From Eledone cirrhosa (Eukaryota), in NCBI GenBank assembly GCA_964016885.1, contig OZ024740.1:25668001-25732000 (forward strand): 64,000 nucleotides of DNA, read 5' to 3'. The notes beneath the pieces are model-generated. The model made no database searches. It was not told the DNA's origin and saw nothing but the letters and a program-made list of their open reading frames with translations. Position numbers and translations under genes: made by a program. Position 1 is the first letter of the stretch. Each line of letters starts with the position of its first letter. This document shows, piece by piece, positions 26,501 to 41,100 of the stretch.

Positions 26501-29500
26501 CTATTGTAGTTGTAGTTATTTCTATTGTAGTTGTAGTTACTTCTATTGTAGTTGTAGTTATTTCTATTGTAGTTGTAGATACTCCTATTGTAGTTGTAGA
26601 TACTTCTATTGTAGATGTAGATACTTCTATTGTAGTTGTAGAAGCTTCTATTGTAGATGTTGTTACTCCTATTGTAGTTGTAGTTACTTCTATTGTAGTT
26701 GTAGTTAATTCTATTGTAGTTGTAGTTACTTCTATTGTAGTTGTAGATACTCCCATTGTAGTTGTAGTTACTTCTATTGTAGTTGTAGATATTTCTATTG
26801 TAGTTGTAGTTACTTCTCTTGTAGTTGTAGTTACTTCTATTGTAGTTGTAGTTACTTCTATTGTAGTTGTAGTTACTTCTATTGTAGTTGTAGTTATTAC
26901 TATTGTAGTTGTAGTTACTTCTATTGTAGTTGTAGTTACTTCTATTGTAGTTGTAGTTATTTCTATTGTAGTTGTAGTTACTTCTCTTGTAGTTGTAGTT
27001 ACTTCTATTGTAGTTGTAGTTACTTCTATTGTAGTTGTAGTTACTTCTATTGTAGTTGTAGTTACTTCTATTGTAGTTGTAGTTATTACTATTGTAGTTG
27101 TAGTTACTTCTATTGTAGTTGTAGTTACTTCTATTGAATTTGTAGTTACTTCTATTGTAGTTGTAGTTACTTCTATTGTAGTTGTAGTTATTTCTATTGT
27201 AGTTGTAGTTACTTCTATTGTAGTTGTAGTTACTTCTATTGTAGTTGTAGTTACTTCTATTGTAGTTGTAGTTATTTCTATTGTAGTTGTAGTTACTTCT
27301 ATTGTAGTTGTAATTATTTCTATTGTAGTTGTAGTTACTTCTCTTGTAGTTGTAGTTAGTTCTATTGTAGTTGTAGTTACTTCTATTGTAGTTGTAGTTA
27401 CTTCTATTGTAGTTGTTGTTACTTCTATTGTAGTTGTAGTTTGTTCTATTGTAGTTGTAGTTACTTCTATTGTAGTTGTAGTTACTTCTATTGCAGTTGT
27501 AGTTACTTCTATTGTAGTTGTAGTTACTTCTATTATAATTGTAGATACTTCTATTGTAGTTGTAGTTACTTCTATTGTAGTTGTAGTTACTTCTATTGTA
27601 GTTGTAGTTACTTCTATTGTAGTTGTAGTTACTTCTATTGTAGTTGTAGTTATTTCTATTGTAGTTGTAGTTATTTCTATTGTAGTTGTAGTTACTTCTA
27701 TTGTAGTTGTAGTTACTTCTATTGTAGTTGTAGTTATTTCTATTGTAGTTGTAGTTATTTCTATTGTAGTTGTAGTTACTTCTATTGTAGTTGTAGTTAT
27801 TTCTATTGTAGTTGTAGTTACTTCTCTTGTAGTTGTAGTTACTCCTATTGTAGTTGTAGTTACTTCTATTGTAGTTGTAGTTACTTCTCTTGTAGTTGTA
27901 GTTACTTCTATTGTACTTGTAGTTATTTCTATTGTAGTTGTAGTTATTTCTATTGTAGTTGTAGTTACTTCTCTTGTAGTTGTAGTTACTTCTATTGTAG
28001 TTGTAGTTACTTCTATTGTAGTTGTAATTATTTCTATTGTAGTTGTAGTTACTTCTATTGTAGTTGTAGTTACTTCTATTGTAGTTGTAGTTACTTCTAT
28101 TGTAGTTGTAGTTACTTCTATTGTAGTTGTAGTTACTTCTATTGTAGTTGTAGTTATTTCTATTGTAGTTGTAGTTATTTCTATTGTAGTTTTGTAGTTG
28201 TAGTTACTTCTATTGTAGTTGTAGTTACTTCTATTGTAGTTGTAGTTATTTCTATTGTAGTTGTAGTTACTGCTATTGTAGTTGTAGTTATTTCTATTGT
28301 AGTTGTAGATACTTCCATTGTAGTTGTAGTTATTTCTATTGTAGTTGTAGATACTTCTATTGTAGATGTAGATACTTCTATTGTAGTTGTAGAAGCTTCT
28401 ATTGTAGATGTTGTTACTCCTATTGTAGTTGTAGTTACTTCTATTGTAGTTGTAGTTAATTCTATTGTAGTTGTAGTTACTTTATTGTAGTTGTAGTTAC
28501 TTCTATTGTAGTTGTAGATACTCCCATTGTAGTTGTAGTTACTTCTATTGTAGTTGTAGATACTTCTATTGTAGTTGTAGTTACTTCTATTGTAGTTGTA
28601 GTTACTTCTATTGTAGTTGTAGTTACTTCTATTGTAGTTGTAGTTACTTCTATTGTAGTTGTAGATACTCCCATTGTAGTTGTAGTTACTTCTATTGTAG
28701 TTGTAGATACTTCTATTGTAGTTGTAGTTATTTCTATTGTAGTTGTAGTTACTTCTATTGTAGTTGTAGTTACTTCTATTGTAGTTGTAGTTACTTCTAT
28801 TGTAGTTGTATTTACTTCTATTGTAGTTGTAGTTATTTCTATTGTAGTTGTAGTTACTTCTCTTGTAGTTGTAGTTACTTCTATTGTAGTTGTAGGTACT
28901 TCTATTGTAGTTGTAGTTACTTCTATTGTAGTTGTAGATACTCCCATTGTAGTTGTAGTTACTTCTATTGTAGTTGTAGATACTTCTATTGTAGTTGTAG
29001 TTATTTCTATTGTAGTTGTAGTTACTTCTCTTGTAGTTGTAGTTACTTCTATTGTAGTTGTAGTTACTTCTATTGTAGTTGTAGTTACTTCTATTGTAGT
29101 TGTAGTTACTTCTATTGTAGTTGTAGTTACTTCTATTGAATTTGTAGTTACTTCTATTGTAGTTGTAGTTACTTCTATTGTAGTTGTAGTTATTTCTATT
29201 GAATTTGTAGTTACTTCTATTGTAGTTGTAGTTACTTCTATTGTAGTTGTAGTTACTTCTATTGAATTTGTAGTTACTTCTATTGTAGTTGTAGTTACTT
29301 CTATTGTAGTTGTAGTTACTTCTATTGTAGTTGTAGTTACTTCTATTGTAGTTGTAGTTACTTCTATTGTAGTTGTAGTTACTTCTATTGTAGTTGTAGT
29401 TACTTCTATTGTAGTTGTAGTTACTTCTATTGTAGTTGTAGTTATTTCTATTGTAGTTGTAGTTACTTCTATTGTAGTTGTAGTTACTTCTATTGTAGTT

Positions 29501-32500
29501 GTAGTTACTTCTATTGTAGTTGTAGTTACTTCTCTTGTAGTTGTAGTTACTTCTATTGTACTTGTAGTTATTTCTATTGTAGTTGTAGTTACTTCTCTTG
29601 TAGTTGTAGTTACTTCTATTGTAGTTGTAGTTACTTCTATTGTAGTTGTAGTTACTTCTATTGTAGTTGTTGTTACTTCTATTGTAGTTGTAGTTATTTC
29701 TATTGTAGTTGTAATTACTTCTATTGTAGTTGTAGTTACTTCTATTGTAGTTGTAGTTACTTCTATTGTAGTTGTAGTTACTTCTATTGTAGTTGTAGTT
29801 ACTTCTATTGTAGTTGTAGTTACTTCTATTGTAGTTGTAGTTACTTCTATTGTAGTTGTAGTTACTTCTATTGTAGTTGTAGTTACTTCTATTGTAGTTG
29901 TAGTTACTTCTCTTATAGTTGTAGTTACTTCTATTGTAGTTGTAGTTACTTCTATTGTAGTTGTAGTTACTTCTATTGTAGTTGTAGTTACTTCTATTGT
30001 AGTTGTAGTTACTTCTATTGTAGTTGTAGTTATTTCTATTGTAGTTGTAGTTACTTCTCTTGTAGTTGTAGTTACTTCTATTGTAGTTGTAGTTATTTCT
30101 ATTGTAGTTGTAGTTACTTCTCTTGTAGTTGTAGTTACTTCTATTGTAGTTGTAGTTATTTCTATTGTAGTTGTAGTTACTTCTATTGTAGTTGTAGTTA
30201 CTTCTATTGTAGTTGTAGTTACTTCTATTTTAGTTGTAGTTACTTTATTGTAGATGTAGTTACTTGTATTGTAGTTGTAGTTACTTCTATTGTAGATGTA
30301 GATACTTCTATTATAGTTGTAGTTACTTCTATTGTAGTTGTAGTTACTTCTATTGCAGTTGTAGTTACTTCTATTGTAGTTGTAGTTACTTCTATTATAA
30401 TTGTAGATACTTCTATTGTAGTTGTAGTTACTTCTATTGTAGTTGTAGTTACTTCTATTGTAGTTGTAGTTACTTCTATTGTAGTTGTAGTTACGTCTAT
30501 TGTAGTTGTAGTTATTTCTACTGTAGTTGTAGTTACTTCTATTGTAGTTGTAGTTACTTCTATTGTAGTTGTAGTTACTTCTATTGTAGTTGTAGTTACT
30601 TCTATTATAGTTGTAGTTACTTCTCTTGTAGTTGTAGTTACTTCTAGTGTAGTTGTAGTTACTTCTATTGTAGTTGTAGTTACTTCTATTGTAGTTGTAG
30701 TTACTTCTCTTGTAGTAGTAGTCACTTGTATTGTAGTGGTAATTAAGTCTATTGTAGTTGTAGTTACTTCTATTGTAGTTGTAGTTACTTCTATTGTAGA
30801 TGTAGTTACTTCTATTGTAGTTGTAGATTATTCTATTGTAGTTGTAGTTACTCCTATTGTAGTTGTAGATACTTCTATTGCAGTTGTAGTTACTTCTATT
30901 GTAGTTGTAGTTACTTCTATTGTAGTTGTAGTTACTTCTATTGTAGATGTAGATACTTCTATTGTAGTTGTATATACTTGTATTGTAGTTGTAGATACTT
31001 CTATTGTAGATGTAGATACTTCTATTGTAGTTGTAGATTATTCTATTGTAGTTGTAGTTACTCCTATTGTAGTTGTAGATACTTCTATTGCAGTTGTAGT
31101 TACTTCTATTGTAGTTGTAGTTACTTCTATTGTAGTTGTAGTTACTCCTATTGTAGTTGTAGATACTTCTATTGTAGATGTAGTTACTTCTATTGTAGTT
31201 GTAGTTACTTCTATTGTAGTTGTAGATACTTCTATTGTAGATGTAGATACTTCTATTGTAGTTGTAGTTACTTCTATTGTAGTTGTAGTTACTTCTATTG
31301 TAGTTGTAATTACTTCTATTGTAGTTGTAGATACTTTTATTGTAGTTGTAGATACTTCTATTGTAGTTGTATATACTTGTATTGTAGTTGTAGTTACTTC
31401 TATTGTAGTTGTAGTTACTTCTATTGTAGTTGTAGTTACTTCTATTGTAGATGTAGATACTTCTATTGTAGTTGTAGATACTTCTATTGTAGTTGTATAT
31501 ACTTGTATTGTAGTTGTAGTTACTTCTATTGTAGTTGTAGTTACTTCTATTGTAGTTGTAGTTACTTCTATTGTAGTTGTAGTTACTTCTATTGTAGATG
31601 TAGATACTTCTATTGTAGTTGTAGATACTTCTATTGTAGTTGTATATACTTGTATTGTAGTTGTAGTTACTTCTATTGTAGTTGTAGTTACTTCTATTGT
31701 AGTTGTAGTTACTTATATTGTAGTTGTAGTTACTTCTATTGTAGTTGTAGTTACTTCTATTGTAGTTGTAGTTACTTCTATTGTAGTTGTAGTTACTTCT
31801 ATTGTAGTTGTAGATACTTCTATTGTAGTTGTATATACTTGCATTGTAGTTGTAGATACTTCTATTGTAGATGTAGATACTTCTATTGTAGTTGTTGTTA
31901 CTTCTATTGTAGTTGTACTTACTTCTATTGTAGTTGTAGTTACTTCTATTGTAGTTGTAGTTACTTCTATTGTAGTTGTAGATACTTCTATTGTAGTTGT
32001 ATATACTTGTATTGTAGTTGTAGTTACTTCTATTGTAGTTGTATTTACTTCTATTGTAGTTGTAGTTACTTCTATTGTAGTTGTAGTTACTTCTATTGTA
32101 GTTGTAGTTACTTCTATTGTAGTTGTAGATACTCCTATTGTAGTTGTAGTTACTTCTATTGTAGTTGCAGTTACTTCTATTGTAGTTGTAGATAGTCCTA
32201 TTGTAGTTGTAGTTACTTCTATTGTAGTTGCAGTTACTTCTATTGTAGTTGTAGTTACTTCTATTGTAGTTGTAGTTATTTCTATTGCAGTTGTAGATAC
32301 TTCTATTGTAGTTGTAGATACTTCTATTGTAGATGTAGATACTTATATTGTAGTTGTAGAAGCTTCTATTGTAGTTGTAGTTATTTCTATTGTAGGTGTA
32401 GTTACTTCTATTGTAGTTGTAGTTACTTCTATTGTAGTTGTAGTTACTTCTATTGTAGTTGTAGTTACTTCTATTGTAGTTGTAGTTACTTCTATTGTAG

Positions 32501-34270
32501 TTGTAGTTACTTCTATTGTAGTTGTAGTTACTTCTATTGTAGTTGTAGTTACTTCTATTGTAGTTCTAGTTACTTCTATTGTACTTGTAGTTATTTCTAT
32601 TGTAGTTCTAGTTATTTCTATTGTAGTTGTAGTTACTTCTCTTGTAGTTGTAGTTACTTCTATTGTAGTTGTAGTTATTTCTATTGTAGTTGTAGTTACT
32701 TCTATTGTAGTTGTATTTACTTCTAGTGTAGTTGTAGTTACTTCTATTGTAGTTGTAGTTACTACTATTGTAGTTGTAGTTACTTCTATTGTAGTTGCAG
32801 TTACTTCTATTGTAGTTGTAGATACTCCTATTGTAGTTGTAGTTACTTCTATTGTAGTTGCAGTTACTTCTATTGTAGTTGCAGTTACTTCTATTGTAGT
32901 TGTAGTTATTTCTATTGCAGTTGTAGATACTCCTATTGTAGTTTTAGATACTTCTATTGTAGATGTAGATACTTATATTGTAGTTGTAGAAACTTCTATT
33001 GTAGTTGTAGTTATTTCTATTGTAGGTGTAGTTACTTCTATTGTAGTTGTAGTTACTTCTATTGTAGTTGTAGTTATTTCTATTGTAGTTGTAGTTACTT
33101 CTATTGTAGTTGTAGTTACTTCTAGTGTAGTTGTAGTTACTTCTATTGTAGTTGTAGTTACTTCTCTTGTAGTTGTAGTTACTTCTATTGTACTTGTAGT
33201 TATTTATATTGTAGTTGTAGTTATTTCTATTGTAGTTGTAGTTACTTCTCTTGTAGTTGTAGTTACTTCTATTGTAGTTGTAGTTATTTCTATTGTAGTT
33301 GTAGTTACTTCTCTTGTAGTTGTAGTTACTTCTATTGTAGTTGTAGTTACTGCTATTGTAGTTGTAGTTATTTCTATTGTAGTTGTAGTTACTTCTATTG
33401 TAGTTGTAGTTATTTCTATTGTAGTTGTAGATACTCCTATTGTAGTTGTAGATACTTCTATTGTAGATGTAGATACTTCTATTGTAGTTGTAGAAGCTTC
33501 TATTGTAGATGTTGTTACTCCTATTGTAGTTGTAGTTACTTCTATTGTAGTTGTAGTTAATTCTATTGTAGTTGTAGTTACTTCTATTGTAGTTGTAGAT
33601 ACTCCCATTGTAGTTGTAGTTACTTCTATTGTAGTTGTAGATATTTCTATTGTAGTTGTAGTTACTTCTCTTGTAGTTGTAGTTACTTCTATTGTAGTTG
33701 TAGTTACTTCTATTGTAGTTGTAGTTACTTCTATTGTAGTTGTAGTTATTACTATTGTAGTTGTAGTTACTTCTATTGTAGTTGTAGTTACTTCTATTGT
33801 AGTTGTAGTTATTTCTATTGTAGTTGTAGTTACTTCTCTTGTAGTTGTAGTTACTTCTATTGTAGTTGTAGTTACTTCTATTGTAGTTGTAGTTACTTCT
33901 ATTGTAGTTGTAGTTACTTCTATTGTAGTTGTAGTTATTACTATTGTAGTTGTAGTTACTTCTATTGTAGTTGTAGTTACTTCTATTGAATTTGTAGTTA
34001 CTTCTATTGTAGTTGTAGTTACTTCTATTGTAGTTGTAGTTATTTCTATTGTAGTTGTAGTTACTTCTATTGTAGTTGTAGTTACTTCTATTGTAGTTGT
34101 AGTTACTTCTATTGTAGTTGTAGTTATTTCTATTGTAGTTGTAGTTACTTCTATTGTAGTTGTAATTATTTCTATTGTAGTTGTAGTTACTTCTCTTGTA
34201 GTTGTAGTTAGTTCTATTGTAGTTGTAGTTACTTCTATTGTAGTTGTAGTTACTTCTATTGTAGTTGTTG
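20550..34270. repeat. Large tandem duplication, two copies of about 6.75-6.87 kb (about 325 monomers)
   Basis: Colinear markers: TTGTTC 20575/27441, AAGCTT 21519/28393, 25508/32360 and 26642/33494, and the diverged junction 23959/30706. Confidence 0.93.
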
Positions 34271-35149
34271 TTACTTCTATTGTAGTTGTAGTTATTTCTA
34301 TTGTAGTTGTAGTTACTTCTATTGTAGTTGTAGTTACTTCTATTGTAGTTGTAGTTACTTCTATTGTAGTTGTAGTTACTTCTATTGTAGTTGTAGTTAC
34401 TTCTATTGTAGTTGTAGTTATTTCTATTGTAGTTGTAGTTACTTCTATTGTAGTTGTAGTTACTTCTATTGTAGTTGTAGTTACTTCTATTGTAGTTGTA
34501 GTTACTTCTATTGTAGTTGTAGTTACTTCTATTGTAGTTGTAGTTATTTCTATTGTAGTTGTAGTTACTTCTATTGTAGTTGTAGTTACTTCTATTGTAG
34601 TTGTAGTTACTTCTATTGTAGTTGTAGTTACTTCTATTGTAGTTGTAGTTACTTCTATTGTAGTTGTAGTTATTTCTATTGTAGTTGTAGTTACTTCTAT
34701 TGTAGTTGTAGTTACTTCTATTGTAGTTGTAGTTACTTCTATTGTAGTTGTAGTTATTTCTATTGTAGTTGTAGTTACTTCTATTGTAGTTGTAATTATT
34801 TCTATTGTAGTTGTAGTTACTTCTCTTGTAGTTGTAGTTAGTTCTATTGTAGTTGTAGTTACTTCTATTGTAGTTGTAGTTACTTCTATTGTAGTTGTTG
34901 TTACTTCTATTGTAGTTGTAGTTATTTCTATTGTAGTTGTAGTTACTTCTATTGTAGTTGTAGTTACTTCTATTGTAGTTGTAGTTACTTCTATTGTAGT
35001 TGTAGTTACTTCTATTGTAGTTGTAGTTACTTCTATTCTAGTTGTAGTTATTTCTATTGTAGTTGTAGTTACTTCTATTGTAGTTGTAGTTACTTCTATT
35101 GTAGTTGTAGTTACTTCTATTGTAGTTGTAGTTACTTCTATTGTAGTTG

Positions 35150-38100
35150 TAGTTACTTCTATTGTAGTTGTAGATACTTCTATTGTAGTTGTATATACTT
35201 GTATTGTAGTTGTAGTTACTTCTATTGTAGTTGTAGTTACTTCTATTGTAGTTGTAGTTACTTCTATTGTAGTTGTAGTTACTTCTATTGTAGTTGTAGT
35301 TACTTCTATTGTAGTTGTAGATACTCCTATTGTAGTTGTAGTTACTTCTATTGTAGTTGCAGTTACTTCTATTGTAGTTGTAGATAGTCCTATTGTAGTT
35401 GTAGTTACTTCTATTGTAGTTGCAGTTACTTCTATTGTAGTTGTAGTTACTTCTATTGTAGTTGTAGTTATTTCTATTGCAGTTGTAGATACTTCTATTG
35501 TAGTTGTAGATACTTCTATTGTAGATGTAGATACTTATATTGTAGTTGTAGAAGCTTCTATTGTAGTTGTAGTTATTTCTATTGTAGGTGTAGTTACTTC
35601 TATTGTAGTTGTAGTTACTTCTATTGTAGTTGTAGTTACTTCTATTGTAGTTGTAGTTACTTCTATTGTAGTTGTAGTTACTTCTATTGTAGTTGTAGTT
35701 ACTTCTATTGTAGTTGTAGTTACTTCTATTGTAGTTGTAGTTACTTCTATTGTAGTTCTAGTTACTTCTATTGTACTTGTAGTTATTTCTATTGTAGTTG
35801 TAGTTATTTCTATTGTAGTTGTAGTTACTTCTCTTGTAGTTGTAGTTACTTCTATTGTAGTTGTAGTTATTTCTATTGTAGTTGTAGTTACTTCTATTGT
35901 AGTTGTATTTACTTCTAGTGTAGTTGTAGTTACTTCTATTGTAGTTGTAGATACTCCTATTGTAGTTGTAGTTACTTCTATTGTAGTTGCAGTTACTTCT
36001 ATTGTAGTTGCAGTTACTTCTATTGTAGTTGTAGTTATTTCTATTGCAGTTGTAGATACTCCTATTGTAGTTTTAGATACTTCTATTGTAGATGTAGATA
36101 CTTATATTGTAGTTGTAGAAACTTCTATTGTAGTTGTAGTTATTTCTATTGTAGGTGTAGTTACTTCTATTGTAGTTGTAGTTACTTCTATTGTAGTTGT
36201 AGTTATTTCTATTGTAGTTTTAGTTACTTCTATTGTAGTTGTAGTTACTTCTAGTGTAGTTGTAGTTACTTCTATTGTAGTTGTAGTTACTTCTCTTGTA
36301 GTTGTAGTTACTTCTATTGTACTTGTAGTTATTTCTATTGTAGTTGTAGTTATTTCTATTGTAGTTGTAGTTACTTCTCTTGTAGTTGTAGTTACTTCTA
36401 TTGTAGTTGTAGTTATTTCTATTGTAGTTGTAGTTACTTCTCTTGTAGTTGTAGTTACTTCTATTGTAGTTGTAGTTACTTCTATTGTAGTTGTAGATAC
36501 TCCTATTGTAGTTGTAGATACTTCTATTGTTGTTGTAGTTACTTCTATTGTAGTTGTAGTTACTGCTATTGTAGTTGTAGTTATTTCTATTGTAGTTGTA
36601 GTTACTTCTATTGTAGTTGTAGTTATTTCTATTGTAGTTGTAGATACTCCTATTGTAGTTGTAGATACTTCTATTGTAGATGTAGATACTTCTATTGTAG
36701 TTGTAGAAGCTTCTATTGTAGATGTTGTTACTCCTATTGTAGTTGTAGTTACTTCTATTGTAGTTGTAGTTAATTCTATTGTAGTTGTAGTTACTTCTAT
36801 TGTAGTTGTAGATACTCCCATTGTAGTTGTAGTTACTTCTATTGTAGTTGTAGATATTTCTATTGTAGTTGTAGTTACTTCTCTTGTAGTTGTAGTTACT
36901 TCTATTGTAGTTGTAGTTACTTCTATTGTAGTTGTAGTTACTTCTATTGTAGTTGTAGTTATTACTATTGTAGTTGTAGTTACTTCTATTGTAGTTGTAG
37001 TTACTTCTATTGTAGTTGTAGTTATTTCTATTGTAGTTGTAGTTACTTCTCTTGTAGTTGTAGTTACTTCTATTGTAGTTGTAGTTACTTCTATTGTAGT
37101 TGTAGTTACTTCTATTGTAGTTGTAGTTACTTCTATTGTAGTTGTAGTTATTACTATTGTAGTTGTAGTTACTTCTATTGCAGTTGTAGTTACTTCTATT
37201 GAATTTGTAGTTACTTCTATTGTAGTTGTAGTTACTTCTATTGTAGTTGTAGTTATTTCTATTGTAGTTGTAGTTACTTCTATTGTAGTTGTAGTTACTT
37301 CTATTGTAGTTGTAGTTACTTCTATTGTAGTTGTAGTTATTTCTATTGTAGTTGTAGTTACTTCTATTGTAGTTGTAATTATTTCTATTGTAGTTGTAGT
37401 TATTTCTATTGTAGGTGTAGTTACTTCTATTGTAGTTGTAGTTACTTCTATTGTAGTTGTAGATACTCCTATTGTAGTTGTAGTTACTTCTATTGTAGTT
37501 GCAGTTACTTCTATTGTAGTTGTAGTTACTTCTATTGTAGTTGTAGTTATTTCTATTGTAGTTGTAGTTACTTCTATTGTAGTTGTAGTTACTTCTATTG
37601 TAGTTGTAGTTATTTCTATTGTAGTTGTAGTTACTTCTCTTGTAGTTGTAGTTACTTCTATTGTAGTTGTAGTTACTTCTATTGTAGTTGTAGATACTCC
37701 TATTGTAGTTGTAGTTACTTCTATTGTAGTTGCAGTTACTTCTATTGTAGTTGTAGATAGTCCTATTGTAGTTGTAGTTACTTCTATTGTAGTTGCAGTT
37801 ACTTCTATTGTAGTTGTAGTTACTTCTATTGTAGTTGTAGTTATTTCTATTGCAGTTGTAGATACTTCTATTGTAGTTGTAGATACTTCTATTGTAGATG
37901 TAGATACTTATATTGTAGTTGTAGAAGCTTCTATTGTAGTTGTAGTTATTTCTATTGTAGGTGTAGTTACTTCTATTGTAGTTGTAGTTACTTCTATTGT
38001 AGTTGTAGTTACTTCTATTGTAGTTGTAGTTACTTCTATTGTAGTTGTAGTTACTTCTATTGTAGTTGTAGTTACTTCTATTGTAGTTGTAGTTACTTCT

Positions 38101-41100
38101 ATTGTAGTTGTAGTTACTTCTATTGTAGTTCTAGTTACTTCTATTGTACTTGTAGTTATTTCTATTGTAGTTGTAGTTATTTCTATTGTAGTTGTAGTTA
38201 CTTCTCTTGTAGTTGTAGTTACTTCTATTGTAGTTGTAGTTATTTCTATTGTAGTTGTAGTTACTTCTATTGTAGTTGTATTTACTTCTAGTGTAGTTGT
38301 AGTTACTTCTATTGTAGTTGTAGTTACTACTATTGTAGTTGTAGTTACTTCTATTGTAGTTGCAGTTACTTCTATTGTAGTTGTAGATACTCCTATTGTA
38401 GTTGTAGTTACTTCTATTGTAGTTGCAGTTACTTCTATTGTAGTTGCAGTTACTTCTATTGTAGTTGTAGTTATTTCTATTGCAGTTGTAGATACTCCTA
38501 TTGTAGTTTTAGATACTTCTATTGTAGATGTAGATACTTATATTGTAGTTGTAGAAACTTCTATTGTAGTTGTAGTTATTTCTATTGTAGGTGTAGTTAC
38601 TTCTATTGTAGTTGTAGTTACTTCTATTGTAGTTGTAGTTACTTCTAGTGTAGTTGTAGTTACTTCTATTGTAGTTGTAGTTACTTCTCTTGTAGTTGTA
38701 GTTACTTCTATTGTACTTGTAGTTATTTCTATTGTAGTTGTAGTTATTTCTATTGTAGTTGTAGTTACTTCTCTTGTAGTTGTAGTTACTTCTATTGTAG
38801 TTGTAGTTATTTCTATTGTAGTTGTAGTTACTTCTCTTGTAGTTGTAGTTACTTCTATTGTAGTTGTAGTTACTTCTATTGTAGTTGTAGTTACTTCTAT
38901 TGTAGTTGTAGTTACTTCTATTGTATTTGTAGTTACTTCTATTGTAGTTGTAGTTACTTCTATTGTAGTTGTAGTTATTTCTATTGTAGTTGTAGTTACT
39001 TCTCTTGTAGTTGTAGTTACTTCTATTGTAGTTGTAGTTATTTCTATTGTAGTTGTAGTTACTTCTCTTGTAGTTGTAGTTACTTCTATTGTAGTTGTAG
39101 TTACTTCTATTGTAGTTGTAGATACTCCTATTGTAGTTGTAGATACTTCTATTGTTGTTGTAGTTACTTCTATTGTAGTTGTAGTTACTGCTATTGTAGT
39201 TGTAGTTATTTCTATTGTAGTTGTAGTTACTTCTATTGTAGTTGTAGTTATTTCTATTGTAGTTGTAGATACTCCTATTGTAGTTGTAGATACTTCTATT
39301 GTAGATGTAGATACTTCTATTGTAGTTGTAGAAGCTTCTATTGTAGATGTTGTTACTCCTATTGTAGTTGTAGTTACTTCTATTGTAGTTGTAGTTAATT
39401 CTATTGTAGTTGTAGTTACTTCTATTGTAGTTGTAGATACTCCCATTGTAGTTGTAGTTACTTCTATTGTAGTTGTAGATATTTCTATTGTAGTTGTAGT
39501 TACTTCTCTTGTAGTTGTAGTTACTTCTATTGTAGTTGTAGTTACTTCTATTGTAGTTGTAGTTACTTCTATTGTAGTTGTAGTTATTACTATTGTAGTT
39601 GTAGTTACTTCTATTGTAGTTGTAGTTACTTCTATTGTAGTTGTAGTTATTTCTATTGTAGTTGTAGTTACTTCTCTTGTAGTTGTAGTTACTTCTATTG
39701 TAGTTGTAGTTACTTCTATTGTAGTTGTAGTTACTTCTATTGTAGTTGTAGTTACTTCTATTGTAGTTGTAGTTATTACTATTGTAGTTGTAGTTACTTC
39801 TATTGTAGTTGTAGTTACTTCTATTGAATTTGTAGTTACTTCTATTGTAGTTGTAGTTACTTCTATTGTAGTTGTAGTTATTTCTATTGTAGTTGTAGTT
39901 ACTTCTATTGTAGTTGTAGTTACTTCTATTGTAGTTGTAGTTACTTCTATTGTAGTTGTAGTTATTTCTATTGTAGTTGTAGTTACTTCTATTGTAGTTG
40001 TAATTATTTCTATTGTAGTTGTAGTTATTTCTATTGTAGGTGTAGTTACTTCTATTGTAGTTGTAGTTACTTCTATTGTAGTTGTAGATACTCCTATTGT
40101 AGTTGTAGTTACTTCTATTGTAGTTGCAGTTACTTCTATTGTAGTTGTAGTTACTTCTATTGTAGTTGTAGTTATTTCTATTGTAGTTGTAGTTACTTCT
40201 ATTGTAGTTGTAGTTACTTCTATTGTAGTTGTAGTTATTTCTATTGTAGTTGTAGTTACTTCTCTTGTAGTTGTAGTTACTTCTATTGTAGTTGTAGTTA
40301 CTTCTATTGTAGTTGTAGATACTCCTATTGTAGTTGTAGTTACTTCTATTGTAGTTGCAGTTACTTCTATTGTAGTTGTAGATAGTCCTATTGTAGTTGT
40401 AGTTACTTCTATTGTAGTTGCAGTTACTTCTATTGTAGTTGTAGTTACTTCTATTGTAGTTGTAGTTATTTCTATTGCAGTTGTAGATACTTCTATTGTA
40501 GTTGTAGATACTTCTATTGTAGATGTAGATACTTATATTGTAGTTGTAGAAGCTTCTATTGTAGTTGTAGTTATTTCTATTGTAGGTGTAGTTACTTCTA
40601 TTGTAGTTGTAGTTACTTCTATTGTAGTTGTAGTTACTTCTATTGTAGTTGTAGTTACTTCTATTGTAGTTGTAGTTACTTCTATTGTAGTTGTAGTTAC
40701 TTCTATTGTAGTTGTAGTTACTTCTATTGTAGTTGTAGTTACTTCTATTGTAGTTCTAGTTACTTCTATTGTACTTGTAGTTATTTCTATTGTAGTTGTA
40801 GTTATTTCTATTGTAGTTGTAGTTACCTCTCTTGTAGTTGTAGTTACTTCTATTGTAGTTGTAGCTATTTCTATTGTAGTTGTAGTTACTTCTATTGTAG
40901 TTGTATTTACTTCTATTGTAGTTGTAGTTATTTCTATTGTAGGTGTAGTTACTTCTATTGTAGTTGTAGTTACTTCTATTGTAGTTGTAGTTACTTCTAT
41001 TGTAGTTGTAGTTACTTCTATTGTAGTTGTAGTTACTTCTATTGTAGTTGTAGTTACTTCTATTGTAGTTGTAGTTACTTCTATTGTAGTTGTAGTTACT

